In this document: one piece after another, positions 24,290 through 36,870 of the stretch
Position numbering within the stretch: position 1 is the stretch's first letter
Layout: the number at the start of each line of letters is the position of its first letter
Notes under the pieces: model-generated
Told to the model about the DNA's origin: nothing
Seen by the model: the letters and a program-made list of their open reading frames with translations, nothing else
Database searches by the model: none
Assembly (NCBI RefSeq): GCF_021028975.2
Contig: NC_059429.1
Span: 91,016,001 to 91,080,000, forward strand
DNA from: Sphaerodactylus townsendi
Lineage: Eukaryota
DNA: 64,000 bases
Reading direction: 5' to 3'
Translations under genes and position numbers: made by a program

Positions 24290-27200
24290 GGTTCTCGGCC
24301 AACCCTACTAAACGCATACATTCGCATTCCTAGCACTCACGAGCCCTCGCGATTCTGGCTGCTCCCATTTGCTTAATGCGGCCCCAAGTGGCTGAAGAGC
24401 TCTGGTTTTAGACCGAGTTCCTAATAGCAAAGCCCATACCGTTTCACATAAATGGACGGTAGCTCACTCGGAGCGAGAGGTCCGTTTCTCGATTCAAAAC
24501 GCGGCCTGTCGGCTTCTTCGTTGCTAGCTGACCATTTGGGAGAGGATTGGTTTTATACTTGCTCCAGTGGCCAAACTTATTCCATTGTCCTGGGCATGCC
24601 ATGGTTAAGTTGGTTACATGAACCAAATATTATTTGGAAAGAATGGATTCTAGAATTCCACTGATCCCCCATGTGGAGAAAGCATATGCATTGGGGAGAC
24701 AGCCCCACCATCCAAATGACACCGGAAACCCTGGTTTCTTCGGTTGTGCACATCCCAATGACTTTCAATTCCACAGGCATTCCACCCAGCTTACCAGGAC
24801 TTGTAGCCAGAGTGTTTCAGGAGAACAGGAATGTGATCAATACTGCCCCCATAGAGACACTGACTGCAAAATTCATATGTATTACAACCGGGGCTCAACT
24901 ACACCAAGGGTAGAATCTATCGTTATGAGTTCTCAGCGAAGAGAAGGAAACTCCGTGCGCTTCTTAGATAAAAACCTTGCTCGCTGATTCATCCAGCATT
25001 GAGGCGCTACTAAACATGCACTTACGCTGCTCCTGTCCTATTTGTAAAGAAAAGCGATCGGGTCTTTAAAGACTTTGTACTGATTACCGAGGGATTAAAT
25101 GCTGTTTCCATGTCAATAAATACCCTTTGCCCTTAATCAAGGACCTCTTAGATGCATTGTTGGGCAAAGGGACGCATTCTTTACTTCGAAGTTGGATTTG
25201 AGGGAAGCTCACTACTACAGAGTCAGGATTGCCGAGGAAGGCTACCTGAACATTTAACAGCATTTAATACTAAATTTGGACAGTTATGAATACTTAATTA
25301 TGCCATTCGGGTTAGCTTGGGGCACCCCGGCGCATTCATAGCCCTCATCAATGAAGTTTTGCATGACTTACTATATAAAGGAGTAGTTGTGTAATGTAGG
25401 CGATTGTTTTAATTTATTCACAATAAACCATGGAGGGCATGAGGCTTTGGTTCGGGAAGTATTGCAGCGTTTACTCAACAACTCCTCTTCGCTAAAACTG
25501 TCTAGAGTGCTGTTTTCATCAATCCTCCATAGACTATTTAGGCTGCCAGGATCTCATCTGAGGGTTTAAAAAATGGATCCTCGCGAAGATTGACGTTGAT
25601 CCTCAATGGCCTGCCCCACACCAACCGGAAGGAGCTCCAATCCTTCCCCTAGGATTTGCTAATTTTTATCGTGATTTTATGCACCCCAATTTTGCTGAAC
25701 TAACCCTTCCCCACTCTCACAGACCTTTACTACGCATCTAAGGGGTAAAGACCTCACAGGCTACCAAAGCCCGGGGCTCCCCTCCTTGGTCTCAGGAATG
25801 TCAAACAGCCTTCCAGCTTTTGAAATCGGCTTTCCACTACCGATGGCCTGTCTTAAAACACCCCGACCCAGACCTTCGCTTTCATGGTTCCGCGTGCGAT
25901 GCTTTGGACAAAGGCGCTTGGCGCAGCCCTGTTGCAGAGAAATAAAGATGGTAGGCTTGTTTCCGTATGCTTATTTATCAAAAGAAATTCTCCGGCTCAG
26001 AACTCAACTTGGACGTAGGGGATAAAGAGACTGCTGCCCATCGGGTAAGCGCTTTCCCACTTCTGAAGGTCACTTTGGCTTGAGGGGGCTAAACGCTCCA
26101 GGTTTGGTCGGATCACAAGAACTTTGGCTGCCCTCTCCACCCCCCCTCAGAATGTCTGCAAAGGAAACAACTTCGTTGAGGCCGATTTCTTTCCTGTTTT
26201 TCTTTCCTGTCCATTTTTCCCCCGGAAAAACCAAATAAACTTCTTTGATGCTTTGTCGGCGCCTTCCTCGAGGAGGGGTGGAGCTGCTTCTACGAGACAT
26301 CCCGTGCACTGTTCTCTCCCCCTCCCAACTAGGGCTGGTCACGTCACTTTCGATTCTCAGAGTCATCGCTCCTCCTCCATGCAGCCCGTTCCTTCCAGCC
26401 TGGTCTACGCCTTCCTGCGGGAACTTCGAGGTAGCGGGTCTTGGCGGGAACTTCGCCGGCGGATAGTGAAGGCGACTCCCAGTTGCGCTTTGGTGAATGG
26501 AGTTTTGGAAGCCCGGGGGGGGAATTGTTGGTACGTGCCTCCTTCGTAGAAAGCAAGTTCTCGAAGCCTGTCATGATGCCCTTTCGGCTGGACATTTTGG
26601 CTTTCTCAAAACACTCGCATTTCAGCCCGCCGTCAATTCTGGTGGCAACGCCATCGCGTAAAGAACATTTGAGAAACGCTTATATCGAAGGGGTGCTTTC
26701 TGTTTGTGCGTGAGGCCAAATCCATTCAGGGGAAAGCCCCATGGACTGGCTTCAAAACCTCCTCGGTTGCCTCCCGTCCCTGGGAAGTTATCTCAATGGA
26801 TTTTATTACGGATTTACCAGAGGAGTTTGCAAGCAGAAACACAGTCTTGTGGGGGGGTGGTGGACCCTATTCTCCAAACAAAAAAGCCCATTTCATTCCC
26901 TGCACCTCCATTCCCTCGGCTCCTAAATTAGGCGCTACTGTTCATTCAACATATATATCGTCTACACTCCTCCCCCCTCAAGGTGGTGTCGACCAGCTTG
27001 GGCCTCAATTCATTTTCAAAATTCTGGAAAGCTTTCCTGGGCTTATTGGGGGGGCCACCCCGGCCGGTTGCCGTCGCCCTACCATGTTCAAAGTGGCGGT
27101 GAAGGTCGGAAAGCAAAGCGAACAGAACTCTTGAACAGATATTTACGTTGTTACACCAACTATCACCAAGACAACTGGTCGCGATTTAATTCCGTTTGCA

Positions 27201-27950
27201 GAATATGCCTACAACAATGCCGTTCATAAAGGCGATGCGCAAAAAAAAACCCCTTGAAATTGTGTCTGGCGGCTCCTTCCACGCCATTGCCCGCCAACTA
27301 CCCGTGAATGCTTCAATCCTCAGAATTCCAGCAATGGATTTCATCTCTGTGGCGGAGGGGTGGAAAACGGTTCAGACCTCTGCTTTTGCAACAAGCTAAA
27401 AGATTCCCCCCCCAAAAGTTCCAGGCGGATAAACATCGTTCTGACTTTCCTTTGCGTGTTGGGGCTTGGGTCTGATTTGTCATACGCCTAAAACCTCAGA
27501 AGGCGATACATAAATTTCTCGGGGAAACCTGGGCAAAAAGTTCGTTAGGACCTTTTAGAATTACAAAAGTGCGATTAATGATGTTACTGCCCGGTTAGAT
27601 TTGCCTAGTGGATTAAAGTAATATCCATCCTGTCTTTCATTCCAGCTTGCTCAAGGAGGCTCCCGCTTCCCGACATGCCTGGCACGACACCTCCGGAAAT
27701 ACCCCGCCGACTATAATACCGATGGCCACAAGCATTATGAAATTGACACCCGGATCCTGGACTCTGCGTTTTAATGCGCTTAATGCGCCATTGCAATACT
27801 TGGTTTCTTGGGTGGGGTATTCCTCTGGGTATGGCGAATTCAATGGAATTATTATTCAGAAAATATTGACGCCCCCTCCCTTATTTCTGCTTTCCACTTC
27901 GTACCTTCCCGCACAAACCAGGGGAGAAGTTTTTCTTAGGGAGAGCAGCA
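24290..27950 (+). pseudogene. pol: pol of element A: protease, RT, RNase H, integrase, chromodomain (frameshifted in this assembly)
   Basis: DSGCS (~24350), KYPLPLIKDLLDAL and KLDLREA (~25120-25210), LIMPFGL, PWEVISMDFITDLP, YLRCYTNYHQDNW, GPFRI, LQYLVSWVGY. Confidence 0.9.
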
Positions 27951-27951
27951 G

Positions 27952-28277
27952 TGTAAAGGTTTCGAATGGTGTTGATTGCTCAACTGGCATGTCGCATGGC
28001 ATTCGACTGAATTCCAGGACTTCGAGGCGATTGGGCCAGAAGCGTGACTATTTCCCTGGTAGAGGCCTTATCTCACAGAAAGAGATGAGAATGCCGTTCC
28101 CATGAGAATGGGACTGGGGAAACCGGGAGGGGGATGGGACGGAAAAGCTTATAACCTGTGGTTCTGGCGGGAGACTTCATTCCTGTCACGGCGTGTACGT
28201 GAGCTTTCTAAGATGTCTGAATAAACGGTCTTTCAACCAAAAAAGCCTTTTATTTCTGCTCTATGGAATTCCTTACA
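27952..28277 (+). repeat. 3' LTR of element A
   Basis: The last 230 bp are identical to 21701-21930; the first ~95 bp differ by scattered indels and substitutions. Confidence 0.97.
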
Positions 28278-31004
28278 GATAGGTAGGTAGTAAGTGTTCA
28301 ACTAGGTGTGCAGAACAGTAAAAATAAAATAGTATCTGGCCATTTGGCACCCAGATGATGCCTGACTCATGAAAAGTTTCTTTTAGGAAGGCTTTAAAGT
28401 GAGAAGACTTTAGAGAACTTGATAGTATTATGTGGGGATCCAGATTTAATGAATTGGGTTCATCAACTGGCTTTGCACCAGTACTCAGCCCTCTTTCTGA
28501 GAACTGCAGCTCAGTTGGCAAGATAGGCTTCATGACCCAGTAATGATATAAGGAAGATCAATGATACCTTATACTGCGTTAGGATTTTTTTTACTGCAGA
28601 TCTATGAACTGCAGCACAGTGGCTCATTAGATTTGTTCATTTATAGATAAGAGTGATCTCTCTTCAAAAGGATAATGAAAGCTTAATCATTTCCAGCAGC
28701 ACTTCATACTTTTCTTGAATGCAGCACTCTTGTTTTTGTCTGCAGTTCCTTTTGATCCCTGTCAAATACCTTGATCATTCAAAACACAATGTGTAAAACA
28801 CTAAGAATATTACAACTGTCATCATTATAAAACTTTGTGAGAGAACTCCAGTTGTGAAATGCAATTCTAGTCTCTTTGATCTTTAACTGAATAACTTAGT
28901 CTTCTATGTGCAAAGACCCTCTGAGATGCAGTTATGGATCCATTTTGGAATATGGAGCAGAAAAGTCTAGGAATGTTTCTGGGGAGAGTAAGAATAATGG
29001 ACATGAGTAAAAAATGTGGTAAAAAACTAATCCATGCTTAAATAGAGAGATCCTTCTCTTGGAATGTCATGCAAACCCAGTTTAATGTCATTGGGTATAC
29101 GATAAGGCAAATGAGAAGTATCAAACATGATGAAGAAGCTTAGATATTTATCTGTGTTTTCATGGAGTGTGTTTGAAAATGAGGGAGATGACAACCCCTG
29201 GTTTGACCCTGAAATTTGCAAATTCGGCTGAAAATTTACAGTGAACTTTTATTCGGCTGAAAATTCGGCTGAAAATTTATAGTGAACAGAAAAAGCAGTA
29301 TTCTTGATCATGAAGAAGGAGCTTATTCAAAATTCATCACATATAAGGCCAAAATTCATCATATAGAAGACATGCTCTTGCTCCCCTTCATGCCCGCTCA
29401 GTGAATCAATGAATGAATGTCTGAAGAGAGCAACTACATCCACTTAGTACAATCTTTGCAGATTTGAGGAGGGAATGTGGTAAGGTATAAGGGAAGACAA
29501 AGACCTGCACAACATTCTTATTTTGGTAGGAAATTGGCCACAGATACAGGCAAAGGAGCAGAGGTGCAGCAAGGGGAAAGATCCTAGATCTCAGATCCTG
29601 CTGTCTGATGAATACCACTCCTAGCCCAGCTGTTGGGGGAAACCTCAGATCCTGTCATCAGGCAACCCATACGCCATCTGTGGAAACACCTTTCTCCAGG
29701 TTGCCTGCTACTGAAAACTATGGAATAGGAGGTAACTGGAGGCCAAGCAAGTTCTGGCTTCTACATGATCCCCTTGCCAGTTAAAGGTGTCGACCAGCTG
29801 GCTGCCCCCATCTGGGTATGCAGCTTGGTGGTTTTCCACAACTAAAGACCAACAATGGGGAGGCAGGCACTCAGGCACAGCCCCCTCCAAATGGATCTGT
29901 CACAATGTCCAATCTGCCAAATTGTCACAGAATGCAAAAACAAAATCAAAGAAAACAACATAACCACTGTAAGAACTGGATCCAACCAACAAGATAAACA
30001 CAAGGAGAGTGGGTGGGCAATTTTTACTCTCTAGAAAGAGTCACAAAGCCAACTGATGAATGGGCATTGGAAATCTTAATTTATTCAGTTCTTAACATTG
30101 CCCTCAGAAAGGTAAGTATGAAGAAGGAATTTTAAAGAATTTATTCTAAAAGGCATTTTCTACAGCTTGAAAAAAATCCACACAAATGGTTGTTTCTGAA
30201 AAACATTTCCATTGCAAGTGTTAAGGCCATATTAAATTGATTTGTGACACTGGAATATGCAGCATTATTGTTGCTGTGTTTGGCTTTGGAAGAAAGACGA
30301 GAAAGAAAAAAGTTTAGAAATAGCAAAAGGCCTTTGTACATGATTTCATACATTCCCCTTGCTTATAATAATATTTTCCTTGTAGTGCTATTGTTTTGTT
30401 CAGCATGACTGTGAAAACACAGACTAGCTGAAAGCTCTCATAAATATAGACACCCATTGAAACTGAAGTCCTCTTATTCTTGTCAGTGCATAATACTCCC
30501 TAGTACATTGAAAAGATATGATCCTTGTCCAAAAAACCTTGTGTTTTAGTAATAAAAAGAAGCATGAAAAATGAGGCAAAGGCAAGCAATCAGATAGCAA
30601 AAGCCAAGGGTAATAAACAGAATGCAGTGGAGGTAATTATGCAATGTGACCGATTAGGTGCATTAAAAGACAAGCCAGTTTTTAATATTTGTGAAAAGCA
30701 TGCATAAGTCAACAAGACCTTGTTCTCAACAAGGGTCAGTTAAGCCTGGCACTGACAACAGTGAACACCAGAGTTAGCCTAGCATATTTGCTGGGCTATA
30801 ACTGGCCAACCAGTGTAGGGCAGGAGAGACTTGTAAAGTGGTACAACCATTTGTGAAGAAAACTGACTCATTCTGTCTTCTTAATGACATGTAGCATTAA
30901 CTGGTCACTTCAGTGCCAAGCAAGAATTTTTGGAGTCTTTTCATTTTGGTCTATGCACATACAGCCAACACTGAGGAAACTGGTCAATTGGTTTCAGGAT
31001 CAAA

Positions 31005-31640
31005 CTCAATGTGCTGGTTTTTAAAGCCCTTAATGGTCTGGGACAGTCAAACATGAAGGACCGCCTCTCCTAATCTAACCCACCATTTTGCTAGAGGGGG
31101 TGCAAGGCCCTCTAACAGCTTGCATTTCCTCTATTATAATAAGGCTGTTATCTTTCAGGTGGCCCAAAACGTAGTTTATCGTGACAGTTGCTTTATCAAA
31201 GCGATCGTTGCGTATACCCAGCTAGATCTTGTAGCTTCTTCAGGTCGCCGTATTATAGCTCTTGCCGAACTGATCTTTGATTGGTCGCCGGATATCTTGC
31301 AACTGTATTGTTTCCACTTGATCATTTGACTGTTGGGTGGTTGGTTGCAGCCATGTTCAATAAGAAATTTATATATCTGGTTTTTAATTGTGTTATATAT
31401 TTATTATTTTTGCTTGACAGGTTTATTGAACTCTAGCCTCACTTGGGCTGATTCCGCATGGGCCAAAAAACAGTGGTGTGAAAACGGTGTGAAAACAGTA
31501 TAAACCCTTTTACACCATTTTAAACCCTTTTAGACTGTTTTCACACCGTTTTCACACTGCTGTTTTTGACCCATGCGGAATCAGCCTTGTTGAGGGAGTA
31601 GCAGGGTAAAATTTGACAATACAATTCAATAAAATGTGAT
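31005..31640 (+). mobile_element. L2 LINE 3' remnant interrupted by a MITE
   Basis: GTGCTGGTTTTTAAAGCCCTTAATGGTCTGGGA encodes VLVFKALNGLG, matching VLTFKALRGLG in the young copy. T-rich 3' UTR follows. Confidence 0.65.
31446..31586. mobile_element. PIF/Harbinger MITE (near-perfect hairpin)
   Basis: TIR GGCTGATTCCGCATGGG / CCCATGCGGAATCAGCC, TSD TTG and internal GGTGTGAAAAC repeats. Confidence 0.9.
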
Positions 31641-31888
31641 TAAAACAAATAAAACTGACTATGGGAAGTTCACATTGCTTGTGTAGGGAGGTATATGACC
31701 AATAGATCTGATTTCATCTTGTCAGGCTCTACCTAAAGGTTAAACAGGATTAGTGTGGGTTAGGTACTTCAACCTAAATACATCAGCAAGTTTCCTGAGA
31801 TATCTATGGAGGGAGAGAGAGGCTGACCAAAGCAATAACTACAGTGTGCCTTAGGAGAGTGGTCTCTGTGTTGGATCACCATCCAAAC

Positions 31889-32206
31889 TATGGTTGCCAG
31901 GCCATGACGGGCAACTAGCAGGAGGCTCTGGGAAGGGGAACATAAGCCTCAACTTTCTGAGCATTTCTGTGTCACTTCTTGACAGAAAAACAGAAGTGAT
32001 GTACAGTAGCTCTAGAAATGGCCAGAAATTCCATGGCAATTCTGGCAATTCCTAGAGTTACTTTACGTCATTTCTGAGTTTTGCCTTGGAAATGACATGG
32101 AGGCACATAAGATGCCAACTGTTTTGTTTAAATCTATTTTTCTTCCACCACTGCTTGCAGCGGCAGCAAGAAAGGCCAACTGCCAACAGAAGGCCTAGCA
32201 ACCCTA
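31889..32206. mobile_element. hAT (Blackjack-like) MITE
   Basis: TIR TATGGTTGCCAGGCC / GGCCTAGCAACCCTA. Degenerate 8-bp TSD ATCCAAAC / ATCTGAAC. Confidence 0.7.
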
Positions 32207-32704
32207 ATCTGAACCCACATCTTGATCAGAATCATAGTATCATAGTAACAGTTTCACCACTTTGGCATGTGACAAGGAAAAGTTAGGAGAAATCCAAGCT
32301 TTACATCCGTGTGGTTCTGCCCAAACCATGCTCAAGCTTTGAGTGACTTCCTAGGAAATCTGCACTAATAAATAATTAACATTACAAAGTGCAGATTAGT
32401 TTTAAATAATAAATGTCAGCTTTTCCCAAATATTGTTGTTCAACGTCTTCATTTTGTGGTGAATCATGACCATCTGAATTTATAAAGATACCTTATGACC
32501 ATATAAGTATATCTTATTATGAGCTAAACAGTTGGTCTCTCCTACACAGTATTGTCTCCTGCAAGGTGTTGTGATTCTACATGGTTCTGGACAGAGGCTC
32601 CCCCAGTCTTTCTGACAACTGACATATTTGTAACTGGTATCTCCATGTAGTGGACAAGTACACTATTCAGAGATGCTTACCTTTCCTTCCCACGCTTCAG
32701 CATG

Positions 32705-32995
32705 GTGTAGCATGGTGCTGGCAGGAGATGCAATCAGGTATTTTGGAGAAAAAGGTTTGATTCCACGCTCCACCACTTGAGCTGCAGAGGCTTATCTGGT
32801 GAACCAGATTAGCTTGTGCACTCCAACACATGCCAGCTGGGTGACCTTGGGCTAGTCACAGTTCTTCAGAGCTCTCTCAGCCCCACCTACCTCACAGAAT
32901 GTTTGTTGTGGGGAGGGGGGAAAGGAGATTGTAAGCCCCTTTGAGTCTCCTTACAGGAGAGAAGGGGTGGGGTATAAATCCGAACTCTTCTTCTT
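32705..32995 (+). mobile_element. Squam3-type tRNA-derived SINE
   Basis: B box GGTTTGATTCC, body GCTGGGTGACCTTGGGCTAGTCACAG...CTCAGCCCCACCTACCTCACAG and a (CTT)n tail. Confidence 0.85.
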
Positions 32996-34665
32996 TAGAG
33001 GTGAAGAGCACATATTCTCTGGTTGTGGTAGTGACAAACGGTTGAACCAGTGGACCAATCACGGCAATACAATAAACACCGGGGATTTACACTTCTACCC
33101 AATTCTTCCTCTGAGAAGCTCAAAGCAGTTGACATATCCAAGCAATCTTTCATCTAGGCACTAGGTAGCCTTCGGTGTGGTTTGGGAAGTCAGCTAATTT
33201 AATTTCATTCCCAACTGGTTAATCAGTGTTTAACGGTATTTTTATTCACACCTTTTCCTCTTCCTTCACAACAATGATACGATAGTACAGCCCAATCTCC
33301 TACTGAAACCCTTCACCAGGCCCACGAGAAAATCTTACTCCTGAGAGGCATTTTGCTGCGTTGACTTTCCAAACCACATTTCCATAAAAGAGATTTTAAA
33401 TGGCTTTTGAATTCTGCTCCTCTTTGCCCCATCTCTTCTAACAGATTGGAGAAATAACTGCACCCACCAGTTTATTAACAACTTGCCCCCACTCGTATCT
33501 CACCTTTGTAATGAGATAGAACAGATATGATGGATTACATTTTGTCGCCCACTTCCATTCAGAATGAAATTGTATTATATTCTCAAGTCAAGTTGGAGAT
33601 CTGGTACTGCCCAGGTACCACCAATTATGAAAGACAGGAATGATTTATGAAGAAAAAAAGAAAAGGTCACACAGAGAAAGCAGGATTACCAAAGAACCTT
33701 GGAAGAGGCTGTGCCACCTATCATAGCTGTCTATTCAGAGATATGCAACAGTAAAGTGCCCAGTTAATGGAAACAGTTTGAAAATGGGTTGCAGCTGTAT
33801 TACAGTTTCCTTATACAGTTCTTATGAAGTGGTGGTGGCATGTTGAAGGCATATGAATGTCTCACAGTTCTCTGAAGTGCATCTGCTCTTGGTTGGGTCC
33901 TGGGAACCTTTCCTATGAAGGCAAGAAAGCATGTCAAGCATCTCTCAAACCATTTACAAGGTTGGTAATGCATTATTTTAAAAACAAAATGGCCAAGTAT
34001 GAGCTATGGTGGATGCATTATGTCACATCCTCATCAAAGTGCCTAAGAGAATGAAATAGTATAAATTACTGGAGATTAGCAGTTCCCCTCCTTTTTGTCA
34101 CAATCACAAACAGTTGCTGTTCAAAGACTAAATCAAAACAGTGTTTATACTGCCTTCCTACAGAAGTTCTCAGAAGGGAATAGTCCTCTTTGTCCCTATG
34201 TGTGGATACAGATTCCCATGTAGCAAAAAGAGGAAGGTGTCATTTCTAACTCATGTTGGTCATGGCAAAGATTTTTCAGCAACAAAATTATGGATGTACA
34301 TAGAGCCAAGAGACTTGTATGCAGTTATATTCAGCTGACTTTGCCAGAAACCAGATAAACCTTCACTCCATTCCTTACATCAGGCTTACTTGTATATACA
34401 TTAATCTGAGCGCCTTCAGAGTTACTCCTGACTACTTTCTATATGAAGTGCCTTTCTGCGCTTGTCCCATTCCACCTTGAGTTCCCATCTTCTCAGATTT
34501 CAATAACAAGCATAAGGAGCCACTTCAACACCAGCAAGTCTTACGGCTCATGTGGAGTCCACCTGCCTTCTTCCTTGTTTACAAATCAGGACCTCTTACA
34601 CAGCAAGTATATTGGCAGAGGAGGATCCTGCATTCTCTCTCACCCCACTTAATGTCTCATGTATA

Positions 34666-35110
34666 TGTAGCCCTCATGCTCAGAATGGGTTGACCCAGGA
34701 AGGGGTGGAGACCCAAAGCAGGAGGAGGCTGCAGAGCTCATGTGGTTTGGAGGAGACAAGGCTACCAGACTCGGACCTGATTTCAGTGAAGACTTTAACA
34801 CCCTGAGTTATGGTTTTCGTATGTTTGTAATGGGTGAGAGTTCTCCTGGAAACCTTCATCATGTTGAATCCTGTTCATCAAGTCCTTGGAGTCTTCAGGA
34901 ACCAACCCACTTGCAAAGAAGAATTGGACTTGGCAGTATCAGTAGACTGTAAATATAAGAACTTGAAAATGCAACCCGAACAGGACCTTGAAATGTGATG
35001 TTAAATGTTGATGTTATATGTTAAGAAAGTAAACCATTTTGTTTTTAAAAATTTGTTGTTGCAAACTCATTCCAAGTTCTGCCCCACAGAACCCACAAGC
35101 TGAGGTTACA
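34666..35110 (+). mobile_element. solo LTR
   Basis: Inverted termini TGTAGCCCTC...GAGGTTACA, 4-bp TSD TATA on both sides and AGTAAA near 35028. Confidence 0.75.
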
Positions 35111-36449
35111 TATACTCTCCTCCTCTTTTACTCAGTTCAGGGGAAAGCATTGGGTTCCTGGAATTAGCACATGGACATCAGTGCTTAAGTGGCTCAATAC
35201 CAATTTCTCCTCAACTTTTCGCTTAGTTCCAGTAATCCGCACCAATTTCTAGGTGTTTGGGAATGTGGGTAGTGCCTGACACCTCTATGATAGCAGAATG
35301 CAACACCCTTTCTCTAAACTTTATTAGAGTTATTATTTATTAAAACTTGATACATAACACATTGCCTAAGCTTATCCCACTAAATTGTAGGCAGAATAGT
35401 GTAGGGAGAATATTGATTACATATTCATATATGTAAGCACCCGATAAAATGTCTATAGAGTCCAGTTTATAGTACTCTATCTGATTTCATCCTCTGGAAA
35501 ATGAGACAAATTAGTTACAGAATATTCATTTCCTGTCTACCTAATGGGAAAATACATAAGAAAATCTGTCCCATGCAGTTTCAGCAGTGACCTCTGGAAT
35601 ACATCTCTCTCTCTTTCTCTCTCTCTCTTCCTCAAGAACTTTCTATCAGTTTAGTAACATGAATCACTGGTTCCTTATTACCCAGGAGCTCATTTTAAAG
35701 ATAATGAAGAAATGTCATTAAGCAATCAATTAATTAGGGAAGAACAGATCATCTCCATTCCATTACTGTTTGGGAATGTTTTCTGCCTGTTGCATTCCAC
35801 TGCTCTTTAATTCAAATTTCACTAGGGTAATTTCTAAAAAAAATAATTCTGTAAGTGGTTCATAAACAGCTTTCCACAGCCTTCAGTTCATTTGCATCTT
35901 GTTCCCAACTCCACAGAAGTCTCAGTCACTGCAGGGCTGGGTTGGTGTCTTAATTGGATCCCCATGTGGGGGGGATGGGCAGAAGCATTCCTGGGGGCAG
36001 AGCTGATGTTAGTTGGTTTCCTCATGGGGTGTAGAACTGGCAGCACAATGCCTGGCCCTCAAGTCATTTAAGCCCCATGGAGGGTTTTCTGGAAGGGGGT
36101 TGCATTTTTCACTCCCCACACCATCGGAAAGCCCTCTTGGAGATGGCGGGGCAGCACCATAGTGATGCCACATCTTGCCACCTAGAGCCATGGACTGTTA
36201 AAAGTCCTACCTTAGCCAGTGAAATAGCCATTGTGGCTGTAAAATGAACATATTAGAAGGGAAAAAATTGCTGAATTTGCTGTCTGGAAAACATCTATAT
36301 CAATTACATTACCTTCCCCCACCCCCTTCTCTGATCTACATCCACTTAACTAAACAGCTAAGTTCCACAAAAACGATAAATTACCTTATATTAACATATT
36401 ATTATGTATTTATATATTTGTCACATTTAATAGACTGGAGCTTCACCTC

Positions 36450-36870
36450 TTTATAGCCTTGGTGGTGTACAGTCCATTTGGGAACATAAACGGTTAAAAC
36501 CTGTGTTAAAAGTGTGAGCAAACATGAGTAAATAAACTAATGCCCAAACCCGGAGTCCAGTAAAACAAGAGCATATGACAATTAAATAAACAGTGACCAA
36601 TTTAGGGCGTCGTGGTAAACATACTACTAGATGGAAATGCAGGGGAAGGCACCCTCTACTGCTGACCCCGGAAAACAAACCTCGGCGAATCAACTCTATC
36701 TTGCAGGCCCTATCGAACTGTTTTCTAAGTCCCACAAAATCCGGATGGCATGGAGGAAGAGTGTTCGCCCAGGTTGGGGCCAGGTATCTGCAAAGGTATT
36801 AACCCAGGTGGCGGTCAGCCATATCATGAAGGGGCCAGGGACCACCAGTAAATTGGCCTCTGCCAATTTG
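36450..36870 (-). mobile_element. L2 LINE 3' remnant
   Basis: GAAGGGGCCAGGGACCACCAGTAAATTGGCCTCTGC closely matches 1731-1768. Confidence 0.75.

Larger units (their letters stand above)
21613..28277 (+). mobile_element. Ty3/Gypsy chromovirus (Tf1/sushi group), full-length element A
   Basis: Two TG...CA LTRs and a perfect 5-bp TSD GATAG (21608-21612 / 28278-28282). Domain order gag-PR-RT-RH-IN-chromodomain. Purine tract before the 3' LTR. No env. Confidence 0.97.

Noticed and set aside
24170-24300. Programmed gag-pol frameshift or readthrough site
   Set aside because: Indel noise makes the junction unreadable in both elements.
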